Part shown: positions 36,629-49,634 of the stretch, piece after piece | Layout of the letters: each line of letters opens with the position of its first letter | Position numbering within the stretch: the stretch's first letter is position 1 | Source: Zancudomyces culisetae HAW-14-8 | Taxonomy: Eukaryota > Fungi > Kickxellomycota | Reading direction: 5' to 3' | Assembly: GCA_052426225.1 (NCBI GenBank) | Contig: JBNJNM010000008.1 | Location: 1,054,001 to 1,118,000 of the forward strand | DNA: 64,000 nucleotides | Notes under the pieces: model-generated | Database searches by the model: none | What the model was told of the DNA's origin: nothing | Seen by the model: only the letters and a program-made list of their open reading frames with translations | Translations under genes and position numbers: made by a program

Positions 36629-37683
36629 ATTCAATACCGAAGATGTTTTATTTCAGTTCTAAATATACTCTATATTGTTTCTTTTAAGTATTATAAACAA
36701 ATTCGAAAGGTATTTGTCCAATATAATGGTATTTATTGTTTATATTAAACTTCAATTATTTTAAAATAGAAAAAGCATAAACTCAATATCAATATATATT
36801 TCAACGAGCTCTATTTTTTTGAATAAGAAATATATTCTATTGAAAAAAGTATAACGTAAATATATTTTTGAGATTATGTTACAAAGGCAGTATAGTTGTT
36901 TAGATTATTTTTATTGTGGTGTAAATATGGAGAAAGTTAAACGTTAGTAAATTATTATTCATTCTGTTTCTATTTTGCTAGTTTTAATTGAAGGAATTGG
37001 AAGTAATAATACTTGCTTTCAGACTATTTTTTATTCAATAGCTCTATATCTGATAAACCAATATATAGTTTGATCTAATTTAGTGCTGAATGTGAAGAAT
37101 CACTGTTTATTTTTATTCTTTGTTGACAGGTAAATAATAAAAGTCATTGAGTATAGTTTTAAATTAGTATTATGCCGTGGACTTGTTCTCTCAAATATAA
37201 ACATTTAAGCAGTAAAAATCAAAGTGATTATGGGTGTTGAACTAAATAGCAAATACACCAAATAATGCTATGGGTTGAATTTCATTATAACTAAAGACCT
37301 AGAGCTGACTCCATGGATATAACGAATGAATGTAGCTCTCACTACTATGCATTCCGTTTGTTGTTCGCATTCTTGAATCTTTTTTTTAGTTCAATGGAAA
37401 AGTTCCGAAATTTCAAATAGTTCATATTCAACCATCTGAATATTTCCTAATCAAATGCAAATATTTCATCACAACCACTAGATATATAATTGTTTGTTAC
37501 ACATTCATTAAAAAATACTCCATTAAACGCAAATCCAAAAAAAAACAATGTAGAAACAAAAAAAAGGCAGTATACAAAATAGAACAAACTAAATTCTAAA
37601 CAGAAAAGTTGGAATTAAAAAAGAAAAAGCAATCTAATAATTGCATCACTTCTACAATATATTTACAAAAGAGGTGGATGGGA

Positions 37684-40683
37684 TTAGACAGATATCAACT
37701 TGATGGTATTCCCAGAAGCCACAGCTAAAACAGTGTACAAAAAGGAATGTGTAAGACTAACACTCTTTGATCGTATCAATGAAATTCTTGGGTCCATGAG
37801 TGGTGAATTTCTGACTGGCATCGCTATTATATTCACAATATAAATTGAAAGTGAGATTTCTATCATTGATACCTCTGATGTTTTTAGAATTATCTGTATT
37901 TACGAGATTGCTGTTATTTACACTAGTGCTGGTATTTAGAGGTGTAGTTGCAGTTGTATTTGCACTTGTATTCACAATGTTGTTAAAGTTGGAAATAGAA
38001 TCACATACCGAGAGTAGTTACGAGGGGTTCCACTTTGAACAAGCTTGATTGACTTGATAACAACAAACGGAGTATTGGTATCAAAATGAAATCTATTAAA
38101 TGGACGATCACGCAAAGAAGCATCCAAATTATTCGAGGCTACAGAATTCATATTCGTAGCCATAGAATTGATGGACGGATGATCGGAAAGTGGATCAAAG
38201 GAAGAATGAGAAGATACATCGTCAGCACATGCTATTGGTTCAACAAGGGGTGAGGAAGCGCTGTGGTGTTGAAATTGGAGAGGAAGCAAGTCGAATAAGG
38301 GTGCAGGGTTAAAGTCTATACAGATATCAGAGACGGAATAAACGACAGTATTTGGAGGAGAATATTGAGTCAAAAAGTCGGTTTTGAATTGGTATTTGTA
38401 GTATGATGGTAGCTCAATTGAAAGGTTTAGAGGTAAGTTCATTGATAAAATGTTGATTTTTTGAAGGTAGCTGGGGATAAATAAAGAAAAGTATGAAGAG
38501 TTTAAGAGGTAGAAAGTCGGGAGTAACAAAGCGCTACCATCATTATTATTGCCAATATTCTTACTACTATTTTTATCGCTACAGCCGCTAATGGTGTCAA
38601 TACCAACACTACCAATATTGGTATTGGTATTATTTTGTTTTTCACTAGTCAAAGCCAGTGAAAATTTGTTTACAGAAGAATCAATGTTCTGATATTCAGG
38701 CTTTGTATACAGCGTGTTACCAAACAAAACAAACAAATCAAATGTCCAAAGCTCCCAAGAAAATTGAAAAGAGGAACAGTAGCCAACCGCATTGTTACCA
38801 ACTAAACTGCCATTTTGAGTGTTACCAGCCTTAGAATTTTTGCTCCTAGATGAATAACCTCCTTTGCTACTAGACAGTTCAAAGTCATTTGGAAGTTCAA
38901 GATGGCCTAGTTCGCCAAAAGTATTGCTGTTGTTGGTCGCTTGAAAATAAATATCAGTATCGCTACAACCCAAGAAACCCCATTCCCTCATAATGTTGTA
39001 AATGACTTGGATGAACTTAAACTTGGGCTGTTTTTTATGTTACGATTCATTTTTTTGGTAGAAAATGAGTAACTTGATGATATTGAAAATGGTGCAGTAT
39101 ATCAGCTTAAATAACGCACAAAACCAGTACCACGCATCAGATACAGGTTGCCCTAGCAGTGAAGCATTTTTCTTGATGAAGAATCAATGGTACTCTCATA
39201 TGGTGAAATTTCATAATCCTCTACTGTAGTATTGGAGCTCAATTTGAGTTTATTGCTTTTGTGGTTGTGTTCATGTTTGTGTTTAATTTTTGGATCGTGA
39301 TAAATCGGGACGAAATAAATCCATACTATCTTTGGTATCGTATTTTCTTATTATTGCAAGTGTGGAATGTCGTCAATTCATCCGATGTCAACCCCAAGAG
39401 TCCAAAACACAGGGCTTTTGCTTTTTTGTCCAGGATGTTTTAACTAGGAACCAATCCTTTACGAAACAAACTCTCTTGGTCTCTTTGAAAATCTACAGCA
39501 AAATTTCGGAACTTTGGATAGTTTGGCGTATCTACCATATCAATCAGATATACAAAATTACTGGAATTGACTTTGCTGCTATCACTGGTGTTATATATCC
39601 CTATCTTTTGCGACTGTGATATGGCTGCCACAAATTCCGAATCGTTACTAAGAACACATGCTTCAACTATTCCCTCTTGAAATATTTGTGGATCAACATA
39701 CTTGACAGGAACACCAGACCTACTAATTTGGCTAAACACTGCCTCACCCATTTCTGTTCTGAAGGATTCTATAATACTTTGAACCAAACTCACACTTGAA
39801 AACCGTAATTCATCGAATCCACACAAATTGGGTCTCAATACACCTACACATACACTCGAGATTGAACACAAATACCTTGCTGTTTTTTTCTGTGTCACTA
39901 CCCTCTGGTATTCCATCATTTTTTCTATTCCTGGCCAAACCATTTTTTAACTGTATACTTGAAACATTCTCTTTCGCACTTTCCCATTCCTGGTCTTTTT
40001 ACTTCCCTTTACTACCGCCACTAACTATCTCTTGCTTCTTCTGTACAATCGATTCAACACCTAGGCTCCTAAAATTCTTTATAGTTATTCTATCAACTCC
40101 AAGATCCCATCAAAATATCGACCCATTTTCACTTATCGCTACTATGTTTTTGTCACTTCCATCGCCTCCACCAACAGCGACACCCATTATATCCATTGCT
40201 AACTCCTCAGCATTTAAGGTAATTTCAAATTCTATTTTTTTACTTATTCTGCCATATTCAATTGCACTAGGTTGTTTTTTCTCGCTGAAACTAAAAAAAA
40301 CCCCTCAAGCCCCCTTCTTTGAATTGGAAGACTTTCATTCATCCCGAGCGCCATTTTTTAAAAAATATTCTGGATCGTGCTAAATCTCACTTGTTGCGCT
40401 CCCACTGCAGTATTACCCTTAGCTCCCTATTCTTCGATTGACTTTAAATTGGTGTTGGACTGTGCATCTTCTCCGTGGTCGCCGTGAAATTCGCTTCCTC
40501 CGCCGTATTTACCAAAGCATCTTTTGAATTGATTCCCAACTTTACGATATTTCAAATATTTCCCTGTGCTTACTTGCTCCAAGCAAACTTGAGTATCTCT
40601 CAAATAACCACTCAATCAGAATTAGGCCTAATATTACCTTTAGAACCAGTAAAAGATAATCGTTAATTATTCAAAATTCATCG
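37684..40683 (-). pseudogene. Decayed large WD40-type gene, possibly the C-terminal domain of a SCAP (SREBP cleavage-activating protein)-like protein
   Basis: Chain of coding-like ORFs broken by stops and frameshifts. Motifs IVAISENGSIF*WDL, SWELWTFDL, PFVVIKSI and terminal LAVASGNTIKLISV* resemble fungal SCAP C-termini (from memory, not searched). Confidence 0.45.
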
Positions 40684-40992
40684 TTTATTGTCTGTACCAA
40701 ATTCAGTTCATTAAATTTTACTCATACATGTTTATTTTTAAGAATCTGGAAGAACAAAACCGGGAGTTTCGATTGATTTTCAAAATTCGATATATTATAA
40801 GGTATAGATTATTTTGGTTCATTTTGTTCCGAAAAATAAATATTAACAAATTTTCAATTTGAGGATGATGAAGGTGGGAGATTGATAGTAAATTTATATT
40901 TATTCATTTGTATTCTTGAATATTAGAAAAAGTTAATCTAAGGTAATCTGTAACTTGATAAAAAAAACGTTAAAAAATAACAAACAGCAAAG

Positions 40993-41469
40993 TCATTCTG
41001 AGTTTATGGATAATAATTTTTTTGGCTCTGGTTTAGATTTATATCGCTTTCTTAGTTTATCGATATCCGGAGCTCCCTTAGAATTTTTTAATTCGTATTC
41101 TAAAAGAATTATATCAATCATATTACCCTGTTCCACTTGTAATTTTTCTTTCTCGAAGACCAGTTTTTTTTCCTCTAAGGCTATTCGATCCTTTTCCTTC
41201 TTTTCCTCGAAGGTCAGTTTTTCTTTCTCAAATTCATATCTCCATTTCTCACCAAAGAGGTTTTTGATTTGTATGGATAAAATAATAAAGAGACCAAAAT
41301 ATTCGAACTTGGTAATGTTATTCAATACAAAGCTCTCCGTGATTGTTTCAAGTAAAAAGTTTGTTTGTAGTATTAATTCCGGTCTGGCTAATATAATTAG
41401 GGAAATAATGTTTGTTAACCTCATTATCGTGGTTGATGATGGTCTTTTTATACTTGAAGAGGTTGCCAT
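40993..41469 (-). CDS. Orphan membrane protein with C-terminal coiled coil (paralogue B)
   Basis: MATSSSIKRPSS.., hydrophobic segments, FEKEKL repeats. Upstream DNA also homologous to that of paralogue A. Confidence 0.7.
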   Translation of the reverse strand: MATSSSIKRPSSTTIMRLTNIISLIILARPELILQTNFLLETITESFVLNNITKFEYFGLFIILSIQIKNLFGEKWRYEFEKEKLTFEEKKEKDRIALEEKKLVFEKEKLQVEQGNMIDIILLEYELKNSKGAPDIDKLRKRYKSKPEPKKLLSINSE

Positions 41470-43545
41470 ATTCGGTATCAGTGAAGTCTTTATTTCAATT
41501 CTAGATATACTCTATTCTTGTTTTTTCAAGTATCACAAACAAATTCGAATGGTATAATGTTCAATATAATGGTCTTTATTACCATCTATACAAAGGTTAA
41601 TGATTCTTTGTAAAGAAATCAAGTCAATTTAACATCAGTAAATTATTCGGTATTTATATAATATATTCATAAAGCAAAGAAAATCAACAACATCTATAAA
41701 CATTTCAATAAACTCTTTGTGCATTGAATGAGCAAATTTATTATATCTGGTAAAAAAACGGATAGAACATACTTTTGAAATGTGATGTTACAAAGGTAGA
41801 ATAGTTATTTATGTTTTTTTGTAGTGCTACGAATTAGTGAAAATTTAGCATTAGTAAATTATTCATCAAACACAGTTTCATTTTTTTGCTAATGTTAAAA
41901 GGAGTGGAAAGTAAAAGCGTACTTGATATTGACTTTACTTTTCAAACAGTGGTCTTAATTTCATATACCAACACTATAATTGTAAAAATGTTTCCTTGTT
42001 AAAAGAAAATCATCATAGTAATTGACTACAACTTTAAATTAATCAATAAATTGTGATTCTGTTTTCTTGAAAGTTAAATAAACAGGTTAGTTGTAAAAAT
42101 CAATATGTTTTTTTTATTACAAAACATCTAACAAACAAATATCAAAAAATACTAATAAGTTCATTTCCTTTGTAATAACAAAACCTAATTTGGTCGAGAT
42201 ATTGAGGAAGGTTTTGCCCCTAAAAATCTATTTGCTCTTACAACTTTTTTTCTTTTCTCTTCACCTTTATAATTGTTATTATCTTAGAGACATTTACTTT
42301 GTTTATAGACAATTTGGTTCCTGTATCGTAACACAGATCTTTAAGGTAAATACTCCCCAAAAAACATATATCTGCTATTGATCTAGAGTCAATCTACAAA
42401 CATCCAATTACCAATATGAATAATTCCAAGTCAAAACAAATTGACTTTTGACTTTACTAGATCTTTGTTAATTTATACATACATTTTGTTTTAACTATAT
42501 ATTTTTTATAGTACAATTTAGTTATGTTGCACCTAACAAGGTTTGGTTCACTATAATGGTTGTTATCCAACTCAACCGAGAATAATAAGCTGACTATCTA
42601 ACATTTTGTTTACCATTGCTTCAAACAGTTTTAAAAAAACATTTTATGATTTATTTTTATTTCGATATCACAATAGCTTTTATACCTCGTTTCTAGGTTC
42701 AGACCACCAAACCACTACTAGGCTTTGAACCTACTAAGATTTCATATTTTTTCCCCTCTTAATATTTATATTGTATTTTGTTAAACTTTTTGACTGAACT
42801 ATATTAGACTAGCCTACTAAAGAGTTACCATCCTGCTATCCCTTGAACTCAAAATATCAATACTCCGAAAATGTTAGAAACTGGACTATCCAATATTAAT
42901 GTTCTATCATTCAATTGTTGAATTATAAACTGTAGTTCTTGGGTAATCACTTTATTTTTGCAAAATAGAACATAGTGTATAATTCATTTAACGTTCAACA
43001 TCAATGTACAATCAACTACAATATCTGAGGACAGTTTTTTTTTGCTTAGATTTATTAATTAAATAAATATCACATAAAACTTCAAAAAATAGTCCTATAA
43101 AATATCTACCTAACCAGTTCCCCTCCGCCACTCTAGGGATTGCTTATCCACTGGGTGTTGTTTCAAGGTATTTACCCTGCATTAACAGTAAATTTTCAAA
43201 AATATCACTGTCCCCAGCTTAACCAAAGATGTTACTTCAGCTTCCCTCTTCAAAACAGAAAGAGTAACTAGTTTTTGTGACTCACCTCATAGAAATCTAC
43301 TTGATAAAAATTCCAGTATCCTTCAACTCGTGTATTTTCTCCCTCTGGAATAATTTTTATTAGACATATTTTTCCAACTTCTGCCCATTTCGTTCAATCC
43401 AATAAACATTTTCAATATGTTTTTTCTTTTAAAAACCACTAATCTTTATTTATAAGATATAGTTTGCTTTATGAAATTTACACTACAACTTTTTTATTAC
43501 AAACATTTTGTTGAAGTAATTCATATACTCCAACTTTATAAATCC

Positions 43546-46500
43546 CTAGTTTCTACCGCACATATTTTGACAAAACTCAATCAGCTCGTGATCATTCATC
43601 TCATTTGCAAACCTCAGTATTGATTCGATATGCTCACTTGGATCAGCACCATGTTTAATCAACAACCTGATTATCTTGATATTTTTATTTTCGATAGCTT
43701 CGCTAAGCCCATACCTCCTATTTAGCACCAAATTCGGATTTCTTTCGAACAATAGTTTCAGTATTTCCAAATTATTATTCCCACATGCCTCAATTACACC
43801 ACTTTTGTTTCCCTTTTTTACTCTTGCCCCCTTTTCAAATAAAAATTTTAGAATCTCCAAACAGTTACTCTTACATGCCTCAATTATGTAATTATATTCG
43901 CTATCTTCAAGTGTGACCCTATCTTTCAATAACAATTTAACTGCTTCTAGCTTGTTATTCTCAATAGCAGCCCGGATTAAGTATAGATCACCACGAATCT
44001 TAGAATTATAGGTTAATATCAGCTGTAATATTTCAATATCGTCCAAATCCAAATTATTTGCCAAATAGTACATATCTCTTATTACTTTTGCACCATGCTG
44101 CAACAAAAATCTGGTCATTTCAGTGTTCTTGGCCATAGGTGCTATATCTAGAATACATGTGTTGCCCTTGACACTTAGACCATTCATTATGAGCAACCGC
44201 ACTACCCCAATATTTCCCAGTTTCACGGCAAACTTTAGTATTTTATGTTCACTTTTGAGATCGATTTTGTAGGTTAATAACATTTTCAAGATTTCAACAT
44301 TGGCTACAGCAATTGCTGCCATTACTCCATCCAACAAATCGCTATTCTGGATGGGTTTACCTTTTTTAAGTAGTGTTTTGATAATCTTGTATTCTTCAGA
44401 AAGATCAGAGTTTTCAACACTCATAAATGAATTATTTTGTAATTCTTCTTGATCCTTTGTGTTTGTTTTATCTTTTCTTTCCAATACTTCCAGCCTATCG
44501 TAATGCTCTAAAATCATTTTTACCAATCCAACATCCTCAATTAAACACGCGTATTCTAACTGATAGTGGGGAACGCCTTCTATGACAGCATTATTATCCA
44601 AGAGATATTTAAGCGTCCTTTTGAGACCCAACCTACATGCAATTCTGACTTCATTCCGCTCTGGATTACCTAAATCAACTCCATTTTCTACCAAAAATTT
44701 AACCATGTTAAAGTTACCCAGTAAACACGCCATCTTAATGCAAGGATACCCTGGATTCTTGGGCACTACACCTCCATTCCTTATCCAATGTTTTAACACC
44801 CCAACTTTATTTGACTTACACGCCTCTTTAAATCCATCCGATCTTCCGTTTAGTTTTGCACCTTTGCTAATAAAGTAATCAATCCAGCCAATATCACCTG
44901 CTTTGTATGCTGTTCTTAAAATTAGACTATCAGTTGAATTAACATCCGCTCCATACTTTATCAATAGCTTCAACATTTCAAAGTTTCGGATCACCAGTTC
45001 TGATTTTACTAGTTCATAACCGCAATCATTCAACACCTCTACATATTTATTTTCTCCAAGCTCACATGTTTTATCGTATTCAGCGTCTTCCAATGTATTT
45101 TGCAAATTATTCTTAACAATATAATCGATAATTGCAACTGATTTATCATAAAACGCTCTTTTAACTTGATTTTTACGAGAAGCATTGAAGTGGTTATAAA
45201 AATGTGATGCACATACATTGGTAATATTCTTTTTTGTTAAGTTCACAATCGCCATTACTTTTTCGAATAGGTCCAGGTATTTATGAAAATCTTCAAATTC
45301 AGCATTTTTACCAGCATAATCTCGGTTATAATATTTGTTTGCTTCAATTAGACATAGAATTGTTTTATTAAATTTCAGTCTTTTTTCAACCTCGTCCTCT
45401 CCTCCTGAAATTTTAGATTTAACCTTATCTTTATCAGAGAATTCTAATAGTCGATTTGCTATCTCATAATTCTTGATACTGCACAGCTTTTCAATAACAC
45501 TATCATCCATTAGTCCAACAGAAGCACCATTTTCCAATAACAACTGTAGCATTTCTATATCTTTATTTTCTATAGAAATGTCAATTCCCCTGAACTCCGA
45601 TCCCTTTAAATCCACTCCAGATTCGATAATTAGTTTAGCAATTCTAACATCACCGCTTTTCACTGCCTCTTCCAGACAGGAAACACTCACAATATTTGGA
45701 TAACTTATTATAATATCTTTTGCTAATTCGCAGTCTTTCTCTCTTATAACTGTTTTCAAAACATTTTCATCCAACTCTCCCTCCATTTTACCACAGTTGT
45801 TTAAAAGAAATCTTATGAGATCGACACTACCATTTTCATACACTATTTCTATTATTTTTTGAATATTTTCTGAGTTTGGGTCCACTTTGAAAAAATATTC
45901 TTTCACCAATTCCTCCTTTCTATGGTGAATAGCTGCATCGAACAATATCTGTTGGTATGTGACATCTGGATAGTTTTCCTCCAGGAACTTTATCATTTCT
46001 TTTCTATCGCACTCGATTGAATAATACGAATATGTTATATATATCAACAGATCCATTTGGGATTCGTACTCATATTCTTCAATAAAATAAATTGGTATAT
46101 TCCATGCTAACCCATCACTATACTCCTCGTGTAATTCCAATTCCTCAATAGAAAAGTTAGCCTCAATCTTTAAATCTAAAATCCGTTTCATCAATTCAAG
46201 GTTGTTAAATTGGCAAATTTCATTTGCACAACACAATATGAGACAAATAACAGCTTTGCTATTAATATATCTGAAATCTTCCTCAACGAAACCTGCTAAT
46301 TCTTTAGGAATTTCGATTTTGCTATTGCAGATATCTATCAACGCTTCGACATCCTCTATTTCAAAAATTGTATCCGAATTGTAAATTTCATCGTTCATTT
46401 CCCACACTGAGTATATCCAACTTGTAGCCATCAGTGGTCTGATATAATGAGAACCAGATATCTTGATGTCTGTAAGTTCGCTCAAAAACTCGTTTTCTTC

Positions 46501-46959
46501 GTCAAACAAAAAGCTGGTATCAATATCTAGGTATTCATTCTCGTTAATGAATAAAGTTCCTTTATATACAACTGTTGATATATCCCTATCAATAACTACA
46601 TACATCTTTAGCAGTTTTTTTAGCACATTTCTCCATCTGTACTTGAATGCCAGCTCTAAGCCAGTTTCGCAATTCAGGTTTCTGATTTTTCTCAAAACCA
46701 GTATTCCGATAGTTTCATTTATATTTATTTTTGTGTATTCTTTTAGTATTTCCCTCAACCTCGGCCCAGTGTTATCCTCTGAGTCTGACAAGACGTATTG
46801 AAGTATGTACTTGCTAATAGTATCCATTTGTTGTGTGGCATAGTGCATATTTTTGTTTAAAAGTGATAGTTGAGGGTTCTGAGCAAGTACAAATATGGTT
46901 GACAGGATGCTTGGTGAAAGTTTGTCGAAAAGACTGTTACTGTTGATGTTGTTATCCAT
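43546..46959 (-). CDS. Ankyrin-repeat protein with N-terminal F-box-like motif (1137 aa)
   Basis: Many degenerate ANK units (ACLLGNFNMVKFLVENGVD, AIENNKLEAVKLLL). N-terminus LFDKLSPSILSTIFVLA..LSLLNK. Confidence 0.92.
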   Translation of the reverse strand: MDNNINSNSLFDKLSPSILSTIFVLAQNPQLSLLNKNMHYATQQMDTISKYILQYVLSDSEDNTGPRLREILKEYTKININETIGILVLRKIRNLNCETGLELAFKYRWRNVLKKLLKMYVVIDRDISTVVYKGTLFINENEYLDIDTSFLFDEENEFLSELTDIKISGSHYIRPLMATSWIYSVWEMNDEIYNSDTIFEIEDVEALIDICNSKIEIPKELAGFVEEDFRYINSKAVICLILCCANEICQFNNLELMKRILDLKIEANFSIEELELHEEYSDGLAWNIPIYFIEEYEYESQMDLLIYITYSYYSIECDRKEMIKFLEENYPDVTYQQILFDAAIHHRKEELVKEYFFKVDPNSENIQKIIEIVYENGSVDLIRFLLNNCGKMEGELDENVLKTVIREKDCELAKDIIISYPNIVSVSCLEEAVKSGDVRIAKLIIESGVDLKGSEFRGIDISIENKDIEMLQLLLENGASVGLMDDSVIEKLCSIKNYEIANRLLEFSDKDKVKSKISGGEDEVEKRLKFNKTILCLIEANKYYNRDYAGKNAEFEDFHKYLDLFEKVMAIVNLTKKNITNVCASHFYNHFNASRKNQVKRAFYDKSVAIIDYIVKNNLQNTLEDAEYDKTCELGENKYVEVLNDCGYELVKSELVIRNFEMLKLLIKYGADVNSTDSLILRTAYKAGDIGWIDYFISKGAKLNGRSDGFKEACKSNKVGVLKHWIRNGGVVPKNPGYPCIKMACLLGNFNMVKFLVENGVDLGNPERNEVRIACRLGLKRTLKYLLDNNAVIEGVPHYQLEYACLIEDVGLVKMILEHYDRLEVLERKDKTNTKDQEELQNNSFMSVENSDLSEEYKIIKTLLKKGKPIQNSDLLDGVMAAIAVANVEILKMLLTYKIDLKSEHKILKFAVKLGNIGVVRLLIMNGLSVKGNTCILDIAPMAKNTEMTRFLLQHGAKVIRDMYYLANNLDLDDIEILQLILTYNSKIRGDLYLIRAAIENNKLEAVKLLLKDRVTLEDSEYNYIIEACKSNCLEILKFLFEKGARVKKGNKSGVIEACGNNNLEILKLLFERNPNLVLNRRYGLSEAIENKNIKIIRLLIKHGADPSEHIESILRFANEMNDHELIEFCQNMCGRN

Positions 46960-49238
46960 TATCTCAAAGAATATCCTATTCTTGTTCCTTTCCTTTGTGT
47001 TAAATTAATTTTTTAGTGTATCAAAGTGTTGCGATCAAAATTAACAAGTCTTGAATAGCGGAATTTTTGCTTTTATACCATTTTTTTGATCCATTGAATT
47101 TAATTTTTAGGATTTGATTTATCATACCATTTGCTGCGTAATTCGAAAAAAATAAAGATTTTCAAACTATTGGAAACATTTCAGAGTTAAACATAATTCC
47201 AAAATGTTGGATATTATCAGTCCAATGATGTATTCACTTTTGATATTTAAGGTGATTTGCTAAATCAAAAAAGTCCCATCAAATTGACAGCAGAAAGTTG
47301 TTCAGTTCCATTATTTTTCACCTAGCACAAGCTGCGCGAATATTTCTGTCATTGTTGTTGAGATATTTATTAAAGATGGTGAGGTGCTGAAGGTAGATAT
47401 AAACATTTTAAATATTTACAATAATGAAGTGTGTTGCCATTAGGTTATACAAGTTACAGATAGAGTTGATCAGCCACTTGTATAATTAGGAATTTCAAGA
47501 AATTAACTCTACTAATATCAATTTTATAACACATTTGTTTCTATGAGATATGATAATATGCAACGATGCAATAAACCATTCAGCAATGTTTATTGGTGCT
47601 TCCAGTTCCGAAATAGATTATAATCTAGTATAACTTTGGTTGTATACTTGGAAATGGCTCCGAAAACTGATTTACAAAAATATACGCGAGTTGATTAACT
47701 CACAGTGGATTTAAAGCTGTATATATTATTTTTCCTTTATCTAGTGGTTAACACTAAATATCGAGCGATGGGAAATGATATACAGTTTTTGAGATTATTA
47801 TGATATAACAGGACTATGATTTAAGGTTTGGTTAATGTTTGGGATGTAAACAGGTAGAATTAATTTGATACTGATTAATAAGTTGGAATTTACCTGATAT
47901 TATCATTTAGGCAGTAAATGTATTTTTCATACAAAATACCCGAGTAAACTCATAAGTTGTTGATTTTTATGAGTCTATGGTGTCAAATACACTGGAATGC
48001 GATATTAGTAATAGTTCTGGATTAAGTGACACTGTCTATAGTAAATGGCAGAATATGGAAAAGTAAATTGATATTTTGTATTGAACACACCTTTAGATAT
48101 CTAGGTAAAATAGTATAAAATGTATAGAGTTAGGTTTACAATTTATTAGCTATTTAATATGAAACGATGTAAAAACACTGTATGCTAACGATTTATTGCT
48201 GGAAAATGCATGTAACTCAAGAAATGTTGAAATTCTGAAACACATGTTTTGCTGAGGTTGAAAGGTACATGCGGATTCGATTAGTGAATGATTTTAGAAT
48301 AGTCTGTGGACTCGAATATACTGAAGTAATTGAATTGTGGTATAGTATTTGTATAAAGAAGGCTATGAAATTAGCAATCTAGCGAAGATAAAAATATATA
48401 TTTAGTGTTTCGTTTAACAGGAAATATCTAATTAGTTAAATTGCTGATTTAAAATGAAACCAACCTCCTCATGCAGTATAGTTTTAGGCATTATAATCGG
48501 AATCTAAATAATGTTGGAGATTAAGAAATTGTCGATCCAATCTGGCTCAGATCCTGGAAACAACCTAGTAGAATCTACTAATCTAGCATAATTCATGCTG
48601 ATCATAGGCTTCTACAGCTACTGATAAGATTCACTATGTTTTCGCTTCTATTCCCTAACCTAAAGTGATCAAGACAGCCTATATCGTGCTCAAATATAAA
48701 CACAACTGTTGTATATTTACTTTGATAGTCCAAAATTATTATACTTTACTGAAAACACTTTTGATCGAGGTTTCTGGTATAGTCAAGTTGAGGTGATGGG
48801 TGTACACAACTAGGTATTGAATGACAATATATTATTCAACGCGAGTTTATCGATTTTAGTATTTTTCGTTATTATCATTTGACAGACTATTGTTGAGACC
48901 AGTTGTCTTTAATGAATCAAAATCGTCACAATTTAACACTACATATTTCAAAACACATTTGCTATAGTACTTATTTATTTATTTCTGGAGAATAGAATAA
49001 CCCTAAAACTATAATACTACACAGGTTAAGGTAAAATGCAAGAATATGCTAATAAATAATAATAATAAAAATATCAAGAGCTCAGAGTAAAGTGGTCTTG
49101 GTTTTATTTATAACTGTCTGTTATTCTCACCAGTTAGAAAAAATTATGAATCTGTCAATGATACCAAAGTAAAAGCAGTGAATACCCCAACTACAAATAT
49201 GTGCTGTGGGACATAAAACATGACTACTCCACTAATTC

Positions 49239-49634
49239 TTAGCATTTACATCCAGATTCACAGTGGCATTGCTCGCCTTTACTCTCCTTGCATTCACAGG
49301 TTGCTTGTTCACACTTACATGGGCGCCCACATGTACAACCTTTACCATCTCTGCACTGACATATACTTTTTCCTTCGCACTTGCACTCATCCTCCTTGCA
49401 GATACACTTTTTACCTACTGAACACCTACAAGAGACACTGACCCCCTTATTTTCAGCACAGTTGCACTTTTCAGATTCACAACAACATTTTCCTTCAGAG
49501 GTGGCTGAACAATCTTGTCCCTTCTTGCAGCAGCATTCACAATTTTCAGCCTCACATGAACACCGACCTCCGGGCGTATCTCTGCACTCTCCAATATCTT
49601 TGTTGTAGCAGGCCTTTTTGTCGCATGAACTCAT
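49239..49634 (-). CDS. Long metallothionein-like protein (131 aa, 33 Cys)
   Basis: MSSCDKKAC...CHCESGCKC. CxC and CCC motifs, K/E/G/S-rich, almost no aromatics. TATAAATA ~140 bp upstream. Confidence 0.85.
   Translation of the reverse strand: MSSCDKKACYNKDIGECRDTPGGRCSCEAENCECCCKKGQDCSATSEGKCCCESEKCNCAENKGVSVSCRCSVGKKCICKEDECKCEGKSICQCRDGKGCTCGRPCKCEQATCECKESKGEQCHCESGCKC

Noticed and set aside
37684-40683. Stop-codon reassignment as an explanation for in-frame stops
   Set aside because: All three stop types plus frameshifts occur, and neighbouring long genes are intact under the standard code.
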